Part shown: in pieces, positions 57,776 to 64,000 of the stretch
Numbering within the stretch: position 1 is the stretch's first letter
Layout of the letters: every line of letters starts with the position of its first letter
Virus record (IMG/VR): IMGVR_UViG_3300020477_000013
Coordinates: 137,586 to 201,585 of that record
DNA from: a virus
Taxonomy: Duplodnaviria; Caudoviricetes
Strand: one strand, 5' to 3'
DNA length: 64,000 nucleotides
The notes under the pieces: model-generated
Databases searched by the model: none
What the model saw: only the letters and a program-made list of their open reading frames with translations
What the model was told of the DNA's origin: nothing
Program-made: the position numbers and the translations under genes

Positions 57776-58321
57776 ATGAAACGACGAAGAAGAACTATCA
57801 ATGAACTCCACCCTAGGGATGTAGCAGATGCAGAGTATGATCGCCTACAAGATCTAGGGGGAATGTATTCTGATATGCACAAAGAACTATACGGCCGTAG
57901 GCCTCGAATCCCAATGTTTGCGACAGTCGAAGAAGCAGAGGCTGCTGTTGAAGAAATTTGGGGAGAATATGCTGCACATAATCGAGCAGAGGAAGAGATG
58001 GTCCAACAGGACTTAGAGTATCAAGAGATGGAAAGAAAAATACAAGAGTTGATGCCCGGTGAATATGATATAGAGTTACCTATGCAATCAGGCATGGGAC
58101 GTCGTGTAGAAGGGAACGTCTCAAAAAGAGAAATGGATCGCTTGATTACTGAGGACTTTATTTACGAGGCTGCCAAGGATTTTTCCTACGAAGGAAGTGC
58201 ACAGCAAGAAATAGATGACATTATGGCTGCTGTTGCCGGTGACCTAGGCTTCAGTGACGGAGCTGATCTTGAAGAGCACCTCATACGTCTATTCATTAGA
58301 GCTGGCCACTTATCCGGGTAA
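57776..58321 (+). CDS. Hypothetical acidic protein
   Basis: 181 aa; SDMHKELYGRRPR motif. Confidence 0.7.
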   Translation: MKRRRRTINELHPRDVADAEYDRLQDLGGMYSDMHKELYGRRPRIPMFATVEEAEAAVEEIWGEYAAHNRAEEEMVQQDLEYQEMERKIQELMPGEYDIELPMQSGMGRRVEGNVSKREMDRLITEDFIYEAAKDFSYEGSAQQEIDDIMAAVAGDLGFSDGADLEEHLIRLFIRAGHLSG

Positions 58322-58385
58322 GTATTAAACTATTTTTTCTATAAGATGATTTTTGCATTAAGTTGACAAAAGTAACCCTTAATGC

Positions 58386-58455
58386 GTGCAAAATACTTTC
58401 TTCCATGGTATAATATAAATGTCTGGAGGGGATGGACCCCGGAAGGCAAAGGAAA
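58386..58455 (+). promoter_or_regulatory. Promoter plus stem-loop plus RBS cassette
   Basis: GTGCAA-N17-TATAAT; 29 bp identical to the copy at 63786. Confidence 0.8.
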
Positions 58456-58458
58456 GAG

Positions 58459-58626
58459 ATGACAATCATTTTTCATCTGCCCACCGAAGAGGAGCTGGCG
58501 CGCGATCGAATGGATCTGTTGCCTGAGACCATTGAAGAGGTGGCGAACACTTACACCCGCAATCTCACTCGTGAGATGTATGGAAACATTGAGAACACGA
58601 TTCAGTTCGTAGTTCCCAACCGATAA
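58459..58626 (+). CDS. Small hypothetical early protein
   Basis: ATG after cassette. Confidence 0.6.
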   Translation: MTIIFHLPTEEELARDRMDLLPETIEEVANTYTRNLTREMYGNIENTIQFVVPNR

Positions 58627-58637
58627 AGGAGAAATAG

Positions 58638-58907
58638 ATGATTCAAGTTGGTGATCGAGTTCGTTCGTTTGATTTTGTCCAGGGTGACTTTGGTCGCGAC
58701 CTGGATGGCGAACGAGCGTGTTATGTGGAAGGTGTGGTCGAGGCATTCGTCGAGCGAGAGGGTTGTCCCCGTTACGAGCTCCGCGTTGAGCGAGAGGTCT
58801 TCGGCGGTGACCGGTTCTATCACCGAGTTGGCCGTCTGGTCTATCCTCCGGTTAATGGTACCCCTAAGCTCTTCGGTGGCGTTTGCGATAACGTCGAGCT
58901 GATTTAA
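58638..58907 (+). CDS. KVGDLV-related SH3-like protein
   Basis: MIQVGDRVR; RBS AAGGAG. Confidence 0.75.
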   Translation: MIQVGDRVRSFDFVQGDFGRDLDGERACYVEGVVEAFVEREGCPRYELRVEREVFGGDRFYHRVGRLVYPPVNGTPKLFGGVCDNVELI

Positions 58908-58930
58908 TAAAGTAAAAGTAGGAGAATAAG

Positions 58931-59095
58931 ATGGGATGGTCGCGTTATAACCGCTATGGCTACGGTAAAGATTACCACGACAGTGATGGTAATGATCTTC
59001 GGGGCGGGGCTGATGAATACTTCGTTGCTTATTGCTATTCCTGTGATAAGAAAACAGAGCATGATGTCTGCACTGATAAGTGCGTTGAATGCTAA
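58931..59095 (+). CDS. Small Zn-finger-like protein (54 aa)
   Basis: Own translation; CYSC...H..C...CVEC; RBS AGGAG. Confidence 0.6.
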   Translation: MGWSRYNRYGYGKDYHDSDGNDLRGGADEYFVAYCYSCDKKTEHDVCTDKCVEC

Positions 59096-59172
59096 CAGCC
59101 TTATTGACATTACTCTGTGCAACAAATGCCTGGGCACTTTTTCTATGTTGGGCATCAAAGTAAGGAGAAACA

Positions 59173-59421
59173 ATGTTTGATTACGAAGATTGGTGCGCGC
59201 GCCGTAACTATGTTCAGCCCGTGGCTGGTGATGAAGTCGTCCGGTACGACCCGGGCGGCGAGCTAGAGTCTCGTGTGGGCCTGCTGTATCATGTTGATGC
59301 TTATGCTGGTGGTCTCCCGCGAGGTCATGTGGTTTACGATGATGGGTACGAGCTTCATGACTGCCTGTTTATCTTCCAGCGCCCCGAGGACGCTGCTAAC
59401 GATCCGACTTGGTGGGAGTAA
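59173..59421 (+). CDS. Hypothetical protein
   Basis: 82 aa, RBS AAGGAG. Confidence 0.7.
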   Translation: MFDYEDWCARRNYVQPVAGDEVVRYDPGGELESRVGLLYHVDAYAGGLPRGHVVYDDGYELHDCLFIFQRPEDAANDPTWWE

Positions 59422-59515
59422 ATTTCATGGTGTGGGTAGGATATACGTTAATCAGCATTGGGGTATACATTGTGCTGAACCATATTCTCGACTATTTCGA
59501 CAAGGGACGATAAGA

Positions 59516-59776
59516 ATGAAATCTGTGCTTGATACTGTATTGCATTATAAAGAAATGGAGAGGCTATGTCCCGCTAGTGGAATGTTGCGTGAAGTTCAAC
59601 AACAATATGCAGACATGGCCACCGGTGGCGATGGCGGTGAGCTGGGGTATGTTCCCAACGACTATGAGGGTCCTCCGGCGGGGAAGTATGGCGTGACTTG
59701 CAGGGCCTACAACTATCCGAACCACCCAGATTCATTTTTTCAAGAGGTGTGTTCGTTGATGGGCTGGCGTTGGTAA
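59516..59776 (+). CDS. Hypothetical protein
   Basis: Start reassigned to ATG 59516. Confidence 0.6.
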   Translation: MKSVLDTVLHYKEMERLCPASGMLREVQQQYADMATGGDGGELGYVPNDYEGPPAGKYGVTCRAYNYPNHPDSFFQEVCSLMGWRW

Positions 59777-59778
59777 CA

Positions 59779-59973
59779 TTGAAAGTAGGAGACCTGGTCC
59801 GAATAGGGTATAACCAAACAATGAAGGGTCTCCCATGGGAAAACCGGGTGGGTATAGTAGTTGAGATCAATGAATCCTCACCCTCAGATCTCTTAATAGC
59901 AACAGTTAATTTTGGAGGAGACATCCTAGAGTATCCAACGAACAAGCTACGGGTTATTAGTGAGAATCGGTGA
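59779..59973 (+). CDS. KVGDLV-family protein
   Basis: TTG start KVGDLVR...LRVISE. Confidence 0.72.
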   Translation: MKVGDLVRIGYNQTMKGLPWENRVGIVVEINESSPSDLLIATVNFGGDILEYPTNKLRVISENR

Positions 59974-60145
59974 CCTGGTTAGGTTGAGCTGGTTTGGTAC
60001 TAGCTTTAATGACCCACCTGAGCTTAAAGGTGTAGGTGTCATAACGGACATTGAAGTATCTCAAGATGGTGATGAGCGGTATGAGGTGCACTGGCCCAAT
60101 ATCGGTACTCGTTATCATCATGAAAGATTGTTGGGTCTTCTTTGA
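59960..60145 (+). CDS. KVGDLV-family protein
   Basis: MRIGDLVR. Confidence 0.72.
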   Translation: MRIGDLVRLSWFGTSFNDPPELKGVGVITDIEVSQDGDERYEVHWPNIGTRYHHERLLGLL

Positions 60146-60169
60146 GATAAGTAAAATAGGGGGATTATA

Positions 60170-60502
60170 ATGTACGAGTACAAAGCGATTATAACGAAGG
60201 TCTATGATGGCGATACCCTGACAGCAGATGTGGATCTTGGGTTTAAGATGTGGGCAAAGAAAATAAAGCTCAGACTAATAGGTGTCGACACACCTGAAAT
60301 TCGAACGAAAGACCCGAAAGAAAAAGCTTTAGCGATTAAAGCTCGCGACAGAGTCAGGGAACTATGTCTAGGTAAAGAAGTAGTAATCGTTACCCGCAAA
60401 AAAGGAAAATATGGCAGGTGGCTCGCATCTGTGTATATCGAAGATGGTGACCTTGACATGGCGACATTCTTAATCAAAGAAGGCCTGGCGATGAAGTATT
60501 AG
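60170..60502 (+). CDS. Thermonuclease (SNase-like) family protein
   Basis: VYDGDT, RLIGVDTPE, GKYGRWLA. Confidence 0.88.
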   Translation: MYEYKAIITKVYDGDTLTADVDLGFKMWAKKIKLRLIGVDTPEIRTKDPKEKALAIKARDRVRELCLGKEVVIVTRKKGKYGRWLASVYIEDGDLDMATFLIKEGLAMKY

Positions 60503-60504
60503 TT

Positions 60505-60699
60505 ATGAAAGTTGGAAATCTTGTACGTTTCTGGGACTATGATGGGGGTGATGGCTTTGTCGTTGGTCTTGTCGTTGAAATGGGTAACTATAGATACACG
60601 TCTGATGGGAAAGAGGTTGCATCTTTAAAAATCTTGTATAAAAACTCGATTCAGGTAGTACCATTAGATAGCGAGTGGATTCCTGAGATAGTATGTTGA
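60505..60699 (+). CDS. KVGDLV-family protein
   Basis: MKVGNLVR. Confidence 0.75.
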   Translation: MKVGNLVRFWDYDGGDGFVVGLVVEMGNYRYTSDGKEVASLKILYKNSIQVVPLDSEWIPEIVC

Positions 60700-61319
60700 A
60701 TGCCATAGTAGTCACGCTATTGTTGTTGGGAGACTCCCAGACAGGCGGGGAGATGGGCCGTTTACTAGAAAAGCGCTATCATGATAATAATGTAGTTGTC
60801 CACAGGGAAGCATCCGGAGGAAAGGGCGTAGATTATTTTTTATCTGCCACCCGAAAACCTAGGGTGGCTAAAGAAAATTTACACGCCGATGTTTCATTAT
60901 CAAAAAAAAGGAAGATAAGAAAGCACCTCTCATTAGGCGTAGAGTATATAGTTTTCGGTTCATTGGGAGGAAATGATGCGAGGCCAGGATGCTGTTCGGG
61001 TCATGCAAGGAAAAAACTTAAGTTGAAATACCGAAGGCTATTTAAGCAGCTTTGTTCATACGGCGCGATTGTCATCTTTAATGGCTCACCTAGGGCCGAC
61101 AGCTCTAGATGGCCTAGGTTTGATAAGAGAAGAAAAGAAGTAGACAAAATTCAGGAGGAGGCGAGTGCTGGAACGTGCGTTATACGCAACAGTATCCGCC
61201 ATATGAGAATTCCGCCCGATCCGGATGGGTATCACTATAATAATTCAGCACCTCTCTACGTAGAGTATCTCATGAATCTTCCCGGCATGAAACTTCCTAT
61301 CATCGAGGCAACGCCATGA
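60693..61319 (+). CDS. SGNH/GDSL hydrolase-like protein
   Basis: LGDSQ block I, G block II, GGND block III, DGYH block V. Confidence 0.72.
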   Translation: MLNAIVVTLLLLGDSQTGGEMGRLLEKRYHDNNVVVHREASGGKGVDYFLSATRKPRVAKENLHADVSLSKKRKIRKHLSLGVEYIVFGSLGGNDARPGCCSGHARKKLKLKYRRLFKQLCSYGAIVIFNGSPRADSSRWPRFDKRRKEVDKIQEEASAGTCVIRNSIRHMRIPPDPDGYHYNNSAPLYVEYLMNLPGMKLPIIEATP

Positions 61320-61537
61320 AGTGTGGAGATTTAATTACATGTATGTTTGATGAAGTACACAAGCCTACATACGGATTAATAATTGATATTGCGTCAACGA
61401 CAAACCTGGGTTGCATGCATGAGACTGAGCCCCCCTTGTTGAGGGTTCTGTGGGCAAATGGGGAATTAGAAAATGTGTACTCAGATGACCTTAGTCTTGT
61501 AGCAGAAGCGATCTCTGTTTTAGGGGGTGAAAGCTAG
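61316..61537 (+). CDS. KVGDLV-family protein
   Basis: MKCGDLIT. Confidence 0.72.
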   Translation: MKCGDLITCMFDEVHKPTYGLIIDIASTTNLGCMHETEPPLLRVLWANGELENVYSDDLSLVAEAISVLGGES

Positions 61538-62228
61538 AATGTTTCCTTATATCCCAAGAAATTTTGTTCAGTTCATAAGCCTGTTTCTTTTTGGTGCTGG
61601 GGCAATCGTCATTGTAGCTGGCGGATGGGAGGATACAATGAGCCGTGCTATTGGGATATGTCTTATGGCTGGATCAATCTGGTTCGTCATGATGAGTGAA
61701 TCTGTTTTTCTAGGTAAGGTTCAAGCACAGATGCACCAAGTCCTAGATACGCTCAGCGCAAAGAGGGAAGCTGAGATTCAAGAGCTGCTAGATTTTCTTA
61801 AGGGGTCTAAGTTGGCATCAACCCCTATGGACAGCTGGGATGGTGTGAAGGCGATGGTGACCACTTTACCCTACCCAGCATTTTTACTTTCTCCGTCAAT
61901 GGAGATCATCAAGACGAACGATCATATGACAGACTTGCTAGGGTATGAACAAAATGCCCTAAACGGAAAGCCTGTTTATCTTATCAACGACATCACCCTC
62001 TTGTCTCATACTGCTAACGTTGCTCGGCGTGAAGAATATATAGATAAAGAACACCTCTCAATGAGATACATGTATATGCACAAAGATGGTAGCGGGGTGG
62101 TTGGTTCGCTTCACGTAATCAAGGTCATTGATGGCGCTTTTTTTATGGTCTTCCATCCGGACACTAACAACATGATCACTGACAATGACATGAATAGGAT
62201 ATTAACAAGAAAAAATGTGGCACCCTAG
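61527..62228 (+). CDS. Two-TM protein with a PAS domain
   Basis: PYPAFLL...N...LLGY...L-x-GK; HKDG...V-x-x-S. Confidence 0.7.
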   Translation: MKARMFPYIPRNFVQFISLFLFGAGAIVIVAGGWEDTMSRAIGICLMAGSIWFVMMSESVFLGKVQAQMHQVLDTLSAKREAEIQELLDFLKGSKLASTPMDSWDGVKAMVTTLPYPAFLLSPSMEIIKTNDHMTDLLGYEQNALNGKPVYLINDITLLSHTANVARREEYIDKEHLSMRYMYMHKDGSGVVGSLHVIKVIDGAFFMVFHPDTNNMITDNDMNRILTRKNVAP

Positions 62229-62296
62229 TGCAAAATGTCCTAGCATATTGTATAATATAAATGTTGGAGGGGAAAGGAATCAATCCCCAAGGAGAA
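62228..62296 (+). promoter_or_regulatory. Promoter plus stem-loop plus RBS cassette
   Basis: GTGCAA-N17-TATAAT, GGGGA...TCCCC, AAGGAG. Confidence 0.8.
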
Positions 62297-62303
62297 ACAA
62301 CGA

Positions 62304-62591
62304 ATGCTTCGAGGAATGATTAACGATCTTCAAGACATGACTGACAACCAGCTTCATGAGCTTAACAATGCGATTATCGCACAGCTTAAGTTTAATCGTG
62401 ACCGCAAGGCTGCTGCTAATCGAGCTGCCTTCCAGGCTGGCGATCGAGTCCAGTTTATCGGGCGGCATGGAAAGATGATTGGTACGATTAAGCGGGTCAA
62501 GCGAAAGAAGGCCATCGTCACCGTCAACGCTATCGATAACATCCATCACGGTAATTGGGACGTTCCTCTGGGCATGCTGTCTGCAGCCTAA
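62304..62591 (+). CDS. Early protein, helix plus SH3/KOW-like domain
   Basis: FQAGDRVQF; no ATA, TTA, AGR or AAA codons. Confidence 0.8.
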   Translation: MLRGMINDLQDMTDNQLHELNNAIIAQLKFNRDRKAAANRAAFQAGDRVQFIGRHGKMIGTIKRVKRKKAIVTVNAIDNIHHGNWDVPLGMLSAA

Positions 62592-62607
62592 ATAAATAAA
62601 ATGTGGG

Positions 62608-62725
62608 AGACACGGGCGATCTACCAGCATTCAAGATCACCGGGCACTTTCGGGTGGCATGCCGGTTGCGGTGCTGGAGTCGTTGCGGAAGCGGGGTCGA
62701 AGTACTGACCATTTAGGCCGTGTCT
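62608..62725 (+). ncRNA. Unclassified structured RNA (about 118 nt)
   Basis: 8-bp closing stem AGACACGG/CCGTGTCT enclosing several helices. Confidence 0.55.
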
Positions 62726-62792
62726 AGATAGAGAAGTTGGGAACTCTATCACTTTTGTTCTTTGATGTCATATTTGAAGAAGCCATGGGCCC

Positions 62793-62821
62793 GTGTAAAA
62801 ATACGGGTTTTGTTTTAGTAT
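62793..62821 (+). promoter_or_regulatory. Promoter variant GTGTAA-N17-TAGTAT
   Basis: Upstream of uvsE. Confidence 0.55.
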
Positions 62822-62837
62822 GGGGTATGGAGGCAGT

Positions 62838-63761
62838 ATGTCAGTTAATCTAGGATATGCGTGTATTAATACCACGCTACAAAAGCAATCAAAAATTATG
62901 TGTAATCGTGGTATGATCAAACGCACATGGCTAGCCAAAGGCATGCCGTATGCCAGCACGCTAGCTCTTTCAAATGTGCGAGGCCTGCGTGAGGTTGTCA
63001 AGTGGAACAACGCTAATGACATTAATGTATATCGCATTACATCTTGTCTATTCCCGTGGATGTCTGAGTATGACATTACACAGCTACCAGACTATAATGA
63101 TATCGCTGCTATTCTTGCCGATGTAGGTTGTATTGCACGCCAGTCCGGCCAGCGTCTCTCATTTCATCCAGGCCAGTTTTGTGTGTTGGCTAGTCCCAAC
63201 GAGTCTACTGTAGTCAAGTCCCTTCGCGAGCTTGATCAAACAGCACAGATTATGGACATGCTTGGCATGCCTAAATCACCAGCGGCCAAGATTAATATTC
63301 ATGTCGGTGGTGCATATGGTGAACGTGATAATGCATTAGCTCGTTTCTGTACAGCGTTTAAACGCCTTAGTTATTCCGCCCAGTCACGCCTTACGGTTGA
63401 GAATGACGATAAGCCTAATCTATATTCTACCAAAATGTTGTATGATGGTGTGCACAAGCGCATCGGCATTCCCATTGTGTTTGACTCGCACCATTTTGCC
63501 ATCGGCCCACAGGACCTTGACTATCATGACTCATATTATCTAGCGCGTAGCTCTTGGCCGACGGGCATCAAGCAACAGGCACACCACAGTAACAGCAGGC
63601 GTACGTACGAAGATCCTACTGCAAGCAAGCCGGCACACAGTACATGGTTCTATACGCCATTTGAGTCATATAACGAACCAACCGACGTTGTTCTCGAGTG
63701 TAAAGCTAAGGAGCTGGCGGTCTTCAAATACCGTAAGGATTTTATGAGAAAAGCCGCTTGA
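62838..63761 (+). CDS. uvsE: UV-damage endonuclease UvsE/UVDE
   Basis: LGYACIN, YRI, RLSFHPGQF, IHVGG, LTVEND, FDSHH, ECKAKE. Confidence 0.92.
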   Translation: MSVNLGYACINTTLQKQSKIMCNRGMIKRTWLAKGMPYASTLALSNVRGLREVVKWNNANDINVYRITSCLFPWMSEYDITQLPDYNDIAAILADVGCIARQSGQRLSFHPGQFCVLASPNESTVVKSLRELDQTAQIMDMLGMPKSPAAKINIHVGGAYGERDNALARFCTAFKRLSYSAQSRLTVENDDKPNLYSTKMLYDGVHKRIGIPIVFDSHHFAIGPQDLDYHDSYYLARSSWPTGIKQQAHHSNSRRTYEDPTASKPAHSTWFYTPFESYNEPTDVVLECKAKELAVFKYRKDFMRKAA

Positions 63762-63764
63762 CGC

Positions 63765-63835
63765 GTGCAAAATAATGATCCCCGGGGTATAATATAAATG
63801 TCTGGAGGGGATGGTCCCCAAAGGCAAGGAGAAAA
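63765..63835 (+). promoter_or_regulatory. Promoter plus stem-loop plus RBS cassette
   Basis: GTGCAA-N17-TATAAT, GGGGA-TGG-TCCCC, AAGGAG. Confidence 0.8.
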
Positions 63836-63836
63836 A

Positions 63837-64000
63837 ATGACTCGCTTCACGAAAGAAAACCTCGTCAAAGACGGAAAGTACGTTTACTACAGCCCAACCG
63901 GCAATCCCTACGCGGACGACGCCAAGTTCGTTGCTCGATTCAAGGTTGCTGGGATTGGTAGCTACATGACTCACCTCCGAAAGAACTGGACGGTCGAGGA
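63837..64000 (+). CDS. Partial early hypothetical protein (runs off window)
   Basis: ATG after cassette RBS; open frame MTRFTKENLVKDGK... Confidence 0.65.
   Translation, partial: MTRFTKENLVKDGKYVYYSPTGNPYADDAKFVARFKVAGIGSYMTHLRKNWTVE

Noticed and set aside
58354-58392. Inverted repeat TGCATTAAG/CTTAATGCG containing TTGACA upstream of the 58386 promoter
   Set aside because: TTGACA has no -10 box at 16-18 nt and the repeat is imperfect and single-copy, so it is not supportable as an operator.

Overview
The window looks like part of a large lytic dsDNA bacteriophage (jumbo or huge phage type) read with genetic code 11. Genes are dense, almost all on the + strand, with Shine-Dalgarno sites and ATGA/TAATG overlaps. 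It holds six bacterial-type tRNAs, tilS, dnaJ, a guaB-family gene, pckA, aceB-aceA, a cysteine synthase, several methyl-, glycosyl- and cytidylyltransferases, a RadA-like ATPase, uvsE and nucleases. I saw no capsid, terminase, polymerase, integrase, reverse transcriptase or cas gene. Two gene families dominate. About 36 genes share an N-terminal leader MKITKRQLRRII(K/R)E (28 of them in 11.9-23.6 kb), resembling T4 capsid-targeting/prohead-protease signals. About 20 short SH3/KOW-like genes start MKVGDLV (mostly 52.8-61.5 kb). Fifteen copies of a GTG(C/T)AA-N17-TAnnnT early-type promoter occur, often followed by a stem-loop and RBS. The strongest novel candidate is a leader-bearing gene at 22998-23336 interrupted by an in-frame UGA followed by a hairpin with bacterial SECIS geometry, i.e. 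a possible phage selenoprotein; a weaker second case is at 57054-57229. Other unexplained signals are two highly structured intergenic RNAs (37656-37818, 62608-62725), a 9-Cys micropeptide and a GltF/CglF-like gene. The GltF-like gene, lipoproteins and codon usage suggest a high-GC host such as Myxococcota (inference). All family assignments come from motif recognition by eye; no searches were run.
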